In this document: positions 38,576-49,080 of the stretch, piece after piece
Layout of the letters: the number at the start of each line of letters is the position of its first letter
Position numbering within the stretch: the stretch's first letter is position 1
Notes under the pieces: model-generated
What the model was told of the DNA's origin: nothing
The model's database searches: none
The model's input: the letters and a program-made list of their open reading frames with translations, nothing else
DNA from: Sarea resinae
Lineage: Eukaryota
Reading direction: 5' to 3'
Length of the DNA stretch: 64,000 nt
Assembly: GCA_026026165.1 (NCBI GenBank)
Contig: JAPEUD010000026.1
Location: 62,001-126,000 of the forward strand
Translations under genes and position numbers: made by a program

Positions 38576-39136
38576 CTAACCTATTCTCCTAGTTAGTAGA
38601 TTCGCTGTATAATTAACACTATTTTTCGCACTATATAGACTCTATATAATAAGTTATCTATGCTATATAGTAGCTACTAAAATACATGTGTATTCTGTAT
38701 TTATTAGTAATACAGTAGGTGTCTACATGTATTTTATCTAATCTCTAGAGATTAGTAAGTATAACTACTAGAATCTACTATAGTCTACTAGTAGGTAAAA
38801 GAATAGTTATGTAGTTAACACTAATATATTGTGTAGAAGATATACAAAGTCAGTGTATTCTATATAGTACTACAGTAGCTGCTACCTAAACTACTATACA
38901 TGTAGCGCTATAGCGTTAACTGTTTGTAACATAGGTAACATAGGTTACACAGCGCACCTGTAGTCACTTGTAGCACACCTCTCTTTTTACTAATATATAT
39001 AAAATTCAAGCAGTCTTAAACCTAGAGTAATTATAGTAGGTTTAAGACTATTGTTACACTATCACCTAATCCTAACACAGTATCAAGGGTTTGTAACAGT
39101 CTTAAACTAGGTACAGAATTACCTAACCTAGCACTA

Positions 39137-40056
39137 AGGTTATTAGTATAGGTCTCTTTAGCAGTGATACTACCTCTATTATCTAGGATAAGGACATTTT
39201 TAGGGCTAAAGTTAGTAACTTTATAGCACTTGTTTATAATTGCCTCTAGAGATAGTAGGTAAACACTAAAGTTAAGGATGTATAGGACATCTCTAATATT
39301 AACTACCTAATTTGTTAGGGTAAATATTAGCTTAAAATCCTCTATACCTACTGCTATAGTAGAACTAGTAGTGTTACCCTACTTTATAGTAGTACTATAG
39401 GGTCTAAGATTGTTGAAAAGTTCTCCTCTATAGCAGATATATGTTGTTGCACCTAAGTTAAGAATCCACTCTATAACAGTGCATTTTAGCTTGAGTTTTA
39501 TACAGCTATAGAAAGCTTTAGGTGTAACAGTGCCTTTTTATAGCTTTATAACAGTACCTCGTAGGACTATACTTGTAACAGTGCATTCTAACACTAATTT
39601 AGGGCAGCTATAGGAATCTAAGCTTGTAACAGTGCATTTTAACACTGATTTAGGATATCTATAGAAATTAGAGCTTGTAGCTATAAAGCTCTTTTCCTCT
39701 TATAGTTCCTATGCTGTAGAAGAGTTAGTACTATGCTTTTTAGCATTAGGCTTATTACTCTTAGAGGTAAGAGCTACCTCTGTATCCTTGCTAGTGCTAT
39801 AACTATTAGCACTAGTGCTAGTGCTCTTAGAGACCTTAAACCTCTTAGAGTTATCTATTAGCTATGCAAAGACTTTCTCTAGGTTAATATCTTTGTCTTT
39901 ACTTTTATTAATTGTTTATATAATAATAGTAACTATATTACCTTTATAGTTACTAGTAAAGTTTTTTAGGTTCTATAGAGCTATAAATTTGTCAGGCAGA
40001 ATTAGTTCTCTAGCCCTTAGCTTATTATTTAGCTGCTTGATTTTCATAATATACCT
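39137..40056 (-). pseudogene. Copia gag C-terminal part and protease, inverted relative to the 5' LTR
   Basis: Minus strand YIMKIKQLNNKLRARELILPDKFIAL*NLKNL...VTIII*TI...DINLEKVFA*LID; EWILNLGATTYIC at ~39435-39474 (WILDSGATTHIC, Copia protease); RDVLYILNFSVYLLSL (DVLHIPDFGVNLLS). Confidence 0.85.
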
Positions 40057-41288
40057 TATAGCTAACTCTAGGATTTCTAACACAGTCTTACAACTGTTGT
40101 GACACCTAGTAGAACCCCCTATAGTGCGAAATTCCTAAACAGTGTTAAAACTATGTTGAGACTGTTACAATACCTACTATAGGTTGCAGGATTACTATTA
40201 GTCGCAGAATTACTATTAGTTGCAGAGGTTCAGAACTACCCTTAGTTGCGACTGACTTTTGCACACCTATAAAAGTTGCAGAAAAAAAAGTGGGAAAATT
40301 CAGAAAATTTAGCGAAAAAGTAAATTGACTACAGTGGGAATCGATCCTAGAAGCATTATGTAATCAATGATTGACATTACACTAACTAAGTTATATGACT
40401 TGTTAGAAAATCTAGCCCTAGAGTGCTATATAGCCTATAGAACCCATAATATTATTTTGATATAGAGATTTTCAAAATTTTAACCACCTATTGTAAGTGA
40501 GACGTTCGACTATTTTTGCGTATATTATGTAATTGCTTACATAATATTTGCAAAAATCGTTGAACGTCTCAAATATTTTTCAACTTTTACCTACTAGCAA
40601 GAAAATTATATTTATTTTTACTAAGTCAAAATTGTGTAGCAGAACTTCTAACCTATACACTGTTACAGACCTATAGGTGCACCTAATTAGGTTGCAACAT
40701 CTTATATAGGTTACAATGCCTTATATAGGTTCAAATCACTAGTAGGTTACAAGAATTTTAAACCCTTAGGCAGTATATATTCCTTGCCTAGTTGCAGAAC
40801 TTCTGAACCACGTACTGTTACAAACCTATAGGTGTACTAAAGCTGGTTGCAACACCCTATATTGGTTCTAATTAGTAGTAGGTTGCAAAAAATCAACAGG
40901 TTTCAAAAATTAGAAAAGTTTAGCACTATTCTAAAACCTATAGGATGTTTTACACACCTAGGCTAGCATATAGGTTAGATTGAACAGATTAGAGGCTGTA
41001 TTCACTAACCCTATGTGGGTTTCTAGAGTGAACAGATTATAGATATAAAATCTAATCTAGTAGTAAATTAGATTAAGTTTTCCTTAGCACTACTATATAT
41101 AATCTCACAGTTAATAGAAATATATATAAGTTAGTGTTATAGAATTTACACCTAGAAAAGGTTTAACACTGTTACAAGACCTAAAAAAAGTTTAACACTG
41201 TTACAACACCTATAGAAGGTTTTAGAACTATTAATACTGTTATACAACAGTCTTAAACTAGTCACAGGATATACTCTCTAGGCACCTA
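40057..41288. mobile_element. Non-autonomous ~1.2 kb element with hAT-like ends related to those at 22848/39136
   Basis: Left end CTCTAGGATTTCTAACACAGT resembles 22855-22878. Right end AACAGTCTTAAACTAGTCACAGG...CTAGGCACCTA resembles 39096-39136 and is an imperfect ~85-bp inverted copy of 22847-22932. Many ACACTGTTACA and GGTTGCA subterminal repeats; no ORF. Confidence 0.55.
40498..40571. repeat. Long hairpin: 35-bp arms, 4-nt loop
   Basis: TGAGACGTTCGACTATTTTTGCGTATATTATGTAA-TTGC-TTACATAATATTTGCAAAAATCGTTGAACGTCTCA; 4 mismatches between the arms. Confidence 0.9.
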
Positions 41289-41360
41289 AGTATATAATTA
41301 TTCTATACTATACTTCTTTAGCACCTTTCTCTACCTATATCTTTGTACTACCTTCTAATA
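41289..41360 (+). repeat. 3'-terminal fragment of the Copia LTR
   Basis: TATAATTATTCTATACTATACTTCTTTAGCACCTTTCTCTACCTATATCTTTGTACTACCTTCTAATA matches 21694-21761. Confidence 0.85.
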
Positions 41361-43066
41361 AGTATTAAGGCTGTTAGGTCTTAAAATTTAAAGGTTAATT
41401 ACTACTATATATAGAGTGCTAATAAGAGAGTAGTAGAAGCCTCTAATAGTGTAAGTATATAGAGCACCTATAGTTACTTGTTAGAACTTAGTAGTGTATT
41501 AATCTTTTGTTAATATAGCTAGACTTATAGCTGTATATAATATATTATTTATTTTATTAGCAGGATACTTATTAAATTAAGTGGAATATATTATAGAGCA
41601 TACTTATAGACCTAAATAACCTTTAGTATTTCTAAAGTTCTAGCTTTGATAGTCTATGCTATTATAGTATTAGATTACATTAAATCTTACTTTAGCACTA
41701 CTACTATATATATCTATTACTTCTAGTCCTAAGGCCTTTCTTTTCTTTCTATTATAGACAATTAAATTATTAAGTTTCACATACTAAAAAGCATTTAGTT
41801 AGAACCAGCAATTAACCTAGCTCTATGTTAAAGACTTCGATGCAGTGCGGAGTTCCTAAATGTCCTAAAGGAGGGCTGTTTACTAAGGTCTCGGGTTCGC
41901 ACCCGACTACAGGCCTGATGAGGTATGCATCTATCCGCAGTTGAGGGGTAGTTCTGAATCCACTGTATCAGATGTGTGCCTATAAAGTGACTGTGCGGTG
42001 CTGGAACGGTTTGCATGGTATCGATGCCGCCGGTCTCATCGACTCGGTCGGTGAGCCAATCAAGGACTCGAACCCGGAGAGGAGGTCTCCAGCCTTTGCG
42101 GCATTGGGAACCGAGCAGGGAGCTCCGGTGTCGACGCCATCCTGGAGGCTGTCACGAGCGCCGCAAGCCAGCCAGCCGTTTTTACTTCGGTCAATCCCAC
42201 TGGGCCGAAGACGTATTCGCAGGTCCTCACTGGAGAGAACGTTGAGGAACCTGGGGGATTTCAACTCGACTGCCGTCATTAGTCGACAGGTTTTTGGTTC
42301 GAAGAGCGCAACGACTGCGATAACAGGTCTGGCATATTTTGTGCAGAGTGGGAAGTATAAGCTGCCTGCCGAGCTCGAGTTCTGATCTTTGAAAGGGTTT
42401 CGACACCATTGAGCAGAGCTTTAATAAGCTTATGAAAGGTGTCAGTGACACAGTATAGAGTAAGGTTGTAGTCATGGAGCATGCAGTCTGGCCTTGGATT
42501 GTTGGACTTGGCAGGACGTGCAGCTTGCGTAGAGACTGAAGCCGAACCAACGTTTCTTGATGCATGGTCTGTTCCCACGTTTGTGTGAGTGACCGCTGCC
42601 CCAACGTTTTGTTGCCTGATGGACGCGAGTTTGAGCATCGACTCTGTGTACGCAGAGTCACGGATTCCCTATCTAAGTCAATTATCGCCTTGGAAATGAG
42701 GCTCAAGCAAATCTTCCGCTTGTGGCCTCGGAATCCCCAAAGCTTGGTTGTGCAGCTTTCGGTGATTATGGAACCACTCCCGCATTACTGAAGAATCGAA
42801 CTTCATCAGCTGCTTGCACTGGCTGAAAGAGCGGACACAGTAGCCGGTGCTGATTTCATGGTGGACCCCGGAATCCGAATGCCGTAGAAATAAGCGCCGG
42901 GCTGGCGTTGGAGCCGAGAACTTAGCAGGTCAGCGGGACGACATGCCTGCACGCTCTCGCAGCCCATTTCTGGAGCATATGCAACCCGACCATGATTTAG
43001 AAGCCCAATAACCGGTAAAGAAGAGATGATCTTGTTGTAGCATCTGTCTTATAGGAGCATAAGATG

Positions 43067-46000
43067 CTAACCTTGAAGAGAATCTTGTTCCTCACTAGAC
43101 GTACTTGGATTTTGCTCTAGATAGTGCCTTCTGATTCTTTCCGCCTCTCTGTCCCACTTCGCAATCGTGTTCCTATAGTCAGCCGCATAGGCATTATTGA
43201 GCGCTCTATTCCTCGCTGTCTGTTCCAGGTATGGCCTCTTCTCTTCAGCACTGGCGTCCTTCCACATTCGGCCTAAGGCTGAGCGAACATCATTCCTCGA
43301 AGCTTTGGCATCAGGGTCCCCCGTAGCTACTTTCCGCGACTCGTCGCATATAGTCTTGCAGATAATCCAATGGTCTTTTTGATACAGTAGAAAAGGATTG
43401 CCGCCTGGTTTACCAGGTTTTGAAGGTCGCTCGCCGATTTCTGATTGTATGGTTGCGAGCACCGAATCTTTGTAGCCTTGGGATCGGGCTTGCTTTAAGG
43501 TGTGTGCTCGTTTTGATGTAGAGAAGCCCCTCCGACGCTTCTGACCTGCAACAATGGGTGTACTTTCAGATTCGTTGATGGGAGGTAATAGAGGAAAAGG
43601 GACCTTGATCGGGCCGACCAGCGACTCTAGAACCTCAGAAGCTGCCCTAAGACCAGAAAGATATGCCCCATGAACTGTAGCAGGGTGCGTTCCACAAGTT
43701 GCCTCCCCGGCAAAATGTAGATTTCCAATGGGGCGAGCCATTTGATCATAGTCATCTGGCCGAGCTTCTGATCCAACGTAAGAGTAACTTCCGCATGCGA
43801 AGGGATCATTTCCCCATCTCGTTACGATGACCTCGGAGGGTTCAGGGATCAAAACCGAAACAAAGACCTTCCTTAGCTCGTCGCTCACCTCCTTAACCAG
43901 GGATTCATCATCGCTGGTTTCAGTTTGAAGCGCCGCGTCGCCAGCCATGAGCGCAACTAACATGGGAACACCGCTGGTCTTGAGACAATTCCAGAATAGG
44001 TAGAAGCGGCCCCGTTGGCGCACATAGTCTTCTTGATTGAGACTATCTGGATCTTCTGGTTCCCTTAAGAGCCCAAACATGTCACGATCCTTATCCCAGA
44101 ATGGTTCCTCATACACGAGCACGACCTACGCAAGCTTAAGTTTAAAGGGAATGCTAGTCCGATAACAAACAGCTCATACCTTGTTCAGGGTTCCATATCC
44201 TAATCGCTGGGTAGCGCCCAGTTTCCAGTCAGGTAGCTGGGGCTCGAATTTTATCGAACCCTTTTTGAGGACACCCAATGGTGCTGTAAGAACAATCCTA
44301 TCAGCTTCGATGATTTCGCCGTTATCACATATGACAGATGAAGATTCGCCAGGATTAGATCTATCGTGCGGATTGTATTTGATCCCTTGCACGGTTTGAG
44401 AAAACCAGACATCTAGCTTATTGGGAGACTGCCAAATGCCTCGCGGGACCTGCATATAACCCCCAATAACTTCTGCGTGCTCTCCTTCAAATTCGTTGCC
44501 AGTATCCTGATCCCAGCTTCCTAGACTGAGCTGACTGACATTGATGGCATTAGCATACTCAAGATTTGCGTAATGCCAATTAAGAAGACGCATATCTAGG
44601 GGTTTTAGTTCTATTAGTTTCTGGTACTGGCAGATTGTGTAGTCCATCGTTGCTCCTAGTGTAGGATGAACGCGGGACTGGACCGAATCGTCAAGGTCGA
44701 AAGATTGAGTAGGGAGCACCCCAGACTTGAGTTGCCAGCCCATTAGAAGAGCCGCGGTTGCTGCTGGATACTCCGACGCAGAGCCAACATTGAGATGAAT
44801 ATTTCCAGCAGACTTATTCATAGCGCCGTCCTGTATGGTAGGCGTCTTCGATGCTAAAGCTTGCAGCGTGTTGCGTGAGACATAGTCTTGCTCTCCTGGT
44901 GGATCACGAACTGACATCATCAAAGACTTATTTCCTCCAGCTGTTGTGGATGCAGTTTCGTTATAGCGATACATGCTCACACGTTCAAGTATGTCGTTGT
45001 AAAGTCTCTCGGCTAGAATGTCCCGGTCCTTATCAACAGGAGATCCATCTGTATCATACAGAATAGCATTATCTCTCAAAGGATGATAACGCAAGGCAAG
45101 CTGCCCACGGATAATCGAGTTCAAGGGATTTCCACGCTCGAAGCCCGTTATAATCTGGGCGCCCATCTCGGCAGTACATTGAAGCCCATCGAGGGTGCTG
45201 GCGTTCTTCTTCTTCGCACGTAATGGATGAGAATAAACGCGCCCCCCGATGCGACCCCTTCCTTCCAAGACTACGACCCTAGGAACCTCTTCACCGGAAC
45301 CTTTCCAGATCGCACTGTATTGCCTAAATAGGCCGTCAAGCTGCCTGGCACAACCCAAACCAGCCACTCCAGCCCCTATCACAACGATAGTCTTTCTTGG
45401 AGCTGCGGAAACTCTGGAATTGTTTTCGCGAGACGGAACCTCTACTCTCGGAGCTTCAACGCAACCAAAGTTGATGTAGCCTCTTCGTACAAGCCATACA
45501 TATGCCAATTTTGCCACACCAGACCATCGAAGGTCCTTGGCACAGCCAATTGCCTCCTCTTCTGTGACGCTGACTAACGGATTCCTGGTCCAAAGTCGTA
45601 AAACCCCATTACGAATGTTAAGATAGTTGGCTGTTTGGAATTGATCAAGGTGATTCTGAGTCAAAGAGAGTTCCTCTGGGTGCAGTGCAAACGGGTTGAG
45701 TCTTGAAGAGTATGCTGCATGAATACATTGCCGAGCGTACTCTTCCGGGAGCAGTGAGTGCGGTATCGAAGCTTTCGGACCTAGCCGTGTAGTTGAGACA
45801 TCCTGTGAAGTTTTACGTGTCGACGGATGTATGCCTACATCGATTGGAGCATCAGAACGGATTGAAGATGACTTGGATTTCCTAAGCGAGGAAAGCGCTT
45901 GAGGCTCCGATTCATCTAGATGAGTGATCTCCGTAGTCAACTCAGATTCAGATCCATCCTCTGCGACTGTTGGAGACCACTTTTTAGGCAAATCATCAGG

Positions 46001-46435
46001 GCAGGTCGTTACTGATTGCGAAGTTCCGGAGATATCAACATCGGAAATTGTGCTGACTTGTAGAATTGGCTCTTCGGGCAGGCCTTGAGCAACAGCTAAA
46101 TTGGAGAGATCGCATTGTAAACCTTGATGATCTGACCGCCTCCCAACGCCGCTGGCACTTTCATGCTCAGCTTCTGAGTTCGCTCCGTCAAGACTGTTAT
46201 TGGGCTGGCTGATCTGGTAATCGATATAATCGAAGGTCTTGTAGGTCTGACCCTGACTATTTCCAGCAACATATGCAGGTGGCCTAGCTTTCTGTTGCTC
46301 AACGTGGTGGCCCATGGATAAATTTGAAGATGGACTTGAGTGGCTAGGACACCGCGCCGAAGCAAGCTGAATCCCACTTGTTTCATAAGTGCTTTTGGCA
46401 TCACCCTGATTGCTGAGCTTTTCTTGATTTGTCAT
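43067..46435 (-). CDS. lsd1: Lysine-specific histone demethylase LSD1/Aof2-like (SWIRM, FAD amine oxidase, HMG box)
   Basis: YLNIRNGVLRLW...LVRRGYINFG (SWIRM), VIGAGVAGL, RIGGRVYS, AEMGAQII, GYGTLNK/V, FAGEATCGTHPATVHGAYLSG, NPFLLYQKD...LGRMWK (HMG). One intron at ~44126-44179. Confidence 0.92.
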
Positions 46436-47254
46436 CGTCCATGAGCGTTTTGGAAAGTGAGCTCATCAGCTAGCCGCCGGGGTCCTAGGAATATGTCACC
46501 AATGCATTTCCCCTAATTAGGATAATCTCATTCTCTGAATTGTGATGATTCCTCTGTACTGATAATGCTAATTAGCCTCCCATAAAACATTATATTGAAT
46601 TGGCTTCGTAATTCGGAAAGCAAAAAGATGTTTAACGTTGTTCGCAGATCCCGCGCTGCTTACCTCTTGCTCTATCTAAAGCGTGCATAGACCCCGGTGA
46701 TTCGATTCAGGCTGAAGAGCAATTCGTGTTGATTACGACGATTGGAAGGAAATTTCATTTGACGACTCGATAAATTCCTAATATATCGAAAAACAATAAT
46801 TCTCTGACCATTAGGACCGAGGCGGGCATCCATGTCCGTTGAAGGTACAGAGTATCATGTCGAGGAAGCGCACGTGACTCCAGGAATCGAGATCTACGGA
46901 GTAGGCTGACTTTGGATTAGTACAAGAGACACTACGGAGACCGGGCAATGTACTGTACCGGGCTGCCTCCTACGGTAGGTACCTACCTACCTTACATGGA
47001 TTGCCGGTATGGATGGATGGCGATAGAGCTGGAAAGTATGGTAAAATAGCTTACCTCCAGAGACATCGTCCATCCAATGGATTCATTACTCGGAGTACTT
47101 CCTTCGGCGCTAGATACGGCAACCCGGATTCTCCTACGCGTTTATCCGTCAACCCAGACAATCCTTGTACCCGTCTCGCATCATGATCATCCTCACAACT
47201 TGAAGCTGATGTGATTGAAATAAGTCTTGGAGGGATTCGTTCCTTTCTTTAATT

Positions 47255-48898
47255 ATGGCCTCCGCTTCAACCATTCTAATTCGACCCTCCATCTGCCGTA
47301 ATTGCTGCCGGACCAGGATCCGGAACAGAAGAGGGTATGCCACAGCTGCAACAAAGACGCCAGAGATCTTCGACGTGGTCTGTGTAGGTGGTGGCCCTGC
47401 TGGGCTAAGTTTATTGACTGCGCTTCGTATGGACCCTGCAATGGCCCTTCGTGTTTACAGCTGGGATAAAACTAAGTGATCGAAAGGTTCCTCGAAGTCA
47501 CTCTCAAATCTGAAAATCGCTTTGGTCGAAGGTCAGGATTTGAACCGCATAAAGCAGTGGAATCTTCCCCTCGATCAGTATTCCAATCGTGTCAGCTCAC
47601 TGACACCAAGCTCTGCGGCCTTTCTGAAAGGTTTCAAATTACTTTTCTGAAGACCACTGGCCCGTGCTGACCCCCAGATTAGAAATTGGAGCATGGCAGC
47701 ATCTCAAACAGCCTCGAATCCAGCCGTATAATGGCATGCAAGTCTGGGACGGCGTTACCGACGCGCGCATATCTTTCGACTGGCCCTCGGCAGGTGGGAT
47801 CTCTCGACGAACGTCTAGCGGAGGAATTGTGGCGTACATGGTTGAGAACCTCAACATCACCTCTGCAATTCTGAGCCGGCTCGAAGAATTAGGTGGGCTT
47901 ACAATCTTCGACAATTCCCGGGTTCAGAATATTCAATTAGGAGGAGAGGACGAAAGTGGGGACTTAAGTTCTTGGCCAGTAATCGAACTATCGACCGGGA
48001 AACGATTGGCGGCACGTCTGCTGGTCGGGGCCGATGGGGCCAACAGCCCTGTACGATCATTTGCCAATATCGAAAGTCGTGGTTGGTCTTACGATAGACA
48101 CGGAGTAGTCGCTACTTTGCGCTTGGAAGGGGAGGGATGGGGCGGTGCCTCACAGAAGATCGCATATCAGAGGTTCCTACCGACAGGTCCTGTGGCGATG
48201 TTGCCGCTGCCTGGCAATCGTTGCACCTTGGTTTGGTCAACGCTCCCCTCTCATGCCGCTCACCTCAAGTCTTTGTCGCCATCCGATTTCTGTGCTATGG
48301 TGAACGCTGCTTTTCGCTTGGACCCTGTCGACTTGGCCTATATGCACACACAACCGCAAGGACAGGTTGACGAATTGGAATGGAGAGAGCAAAATACGAA
48401 ATTCGAAGCTGAGCTCATCCCACAGAGAGTTGTCGACGTCCAGGAAGGGACGGTCGCAAGTTTCCCGTTGCGATTGACTCATGCAGACACGTATACTGGT
48501 GAGAGGGTCGCATTGGTTGGGTGAGAGCTATTCAACCCATACACCACGATGAGATGCTTACTGTAAATAGGGACGCCGCTCACACAACCCATCCGTTGGC
48601 AGGTCAGGGCCTGAACCAAGGCCAAGAGGACGTTAAAAGTCTAGTGAGAACTATTTGTGCCGCTGCCGAGCATGGACAAGACATTGGCACGCAACTCGCC
48701 CTAGAGAATTACAACGCCGAACGCTATGCTGCAAATCATGTCATGCTTGGTGTATGCGATAAGATACACAAGCTCTATAGCGTATCATCCGGTCCGCTTG
48801 TACCACTCAGGTCTTTTGGGTTGAACGCGATCGATTTTATGAGCCCTTTGAAGTCATTCTTCATGAACCAAGCTGCTGGTATAAATCGCATCTTGTAG
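47255..48898 (+). CDS. COQ6: Ubiquinone biosynthesis FAD monooxygenase
   Basis: Arg-rich presequence; FDVVCVGGGPAGLSL, SNRVSSLTP, MQVWDG, LVGADGANSPVR, AYQRFLPTGPVAMLP, RVALVG/DAAHTTHPLAGQGLNQG; 3 introns. Confidence 0.93.
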
Positions 48899-49080
48899 GG
48901 CATCATCATCATCAAATCATCTATCAACATGTATTCTCCCCTGGCGCCATGTACGGGATCTCAAAACCCTAGAGAAATAGCTCGATCCTTGCCCTTGCCG
49001 ACAATCCATGGCTAAGTAGAATTTGTGTCGTACATAAGTTAGAAGATTGTTGCGATATTCAAATATGCTCGGTTCTCCTA

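Larger units (their letters stand above)
24584..38995 (-). mobile_element. CACTA-like (Plavaka) DNA transposon, 14.4 kb, multi-gene, RIP-inactivated
   Basis: Terminal inverted repeats TATTAGTAAAAAAAGAAGAGGT (24584) and ACCTCTCTTTTTACTAATA (to 38995), de-RIP approximately CA(C/T)TAGTAAAAA..GAGGT. GCTACA/TGTAGC-type subterminal repeats at both ends. Plavaka transposase near the left end. Confidence 0.85.
22848..39136 (-). mobile_element. hAT-family DNA transposon remnant (hosts the Plavaka insertion)
   Basis: Ends TAAGTGCC.../...TAGCACTA with subterminal AACAGTCTTAA motifs. The flanking 8-mers AGACTATT (22840-22847) and AGGTTATT (39137-39144) differ only by transitions (candidate 8-bp TSD). 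Contains the hAT transposase C-terminus. Confidence 0.55.
21361..41360 (+). mobile_element. Disrupted Ty1/Copia LTR retrotransposon (outermost element of the nest)
   Basis: 5' LTR+PBS, gag N-terminus on + strand, partial 3' LTR at 41289-41360. Possible short TSD AGTG/AGTA. No RT, RNase H or integrase core recognised. Confidence 0.65.
21155..41830. repeat. RIP-mutated AT-rich block of nested transposable elements
   Basis: Abrupt fall in GC; TpA excess and CpA/TpG scarcity; almost no ORFs in 20 kb; transposon protein motifs recognisable after reversing C>T/G>A. Confidence 0.95.

Noticed and set aside
39480..39690. Gag CCHC zinc knuckle
   Set aside because: The Cys residues come from ~48-bp tandem repeats (CTVT units); canonical CX2CX4HX4C spacing was not found.
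21155..41830. Starship element
   Set aside because: No tyrosine-recombinase (DUF3435 captain) relic recognised at either edge; boundaries are explained by LTR and TIR elements.
21155..41830. Centromere
   Set aside because: AT-rich RIP blocks can be centromeric, but this one is only ~20 kb and is accounted for by one TE nest; it cannot be supported without CenH3 or Hi-C data.
43067..46435. LSD1 demethylase as part of the mobile element
   Set aside because: It lies outside all TIR/LTR boundaries, is not RIP-mutated and sits among housekeeping genes; adjacency to the SNF2-bearing element is probably coincidental.
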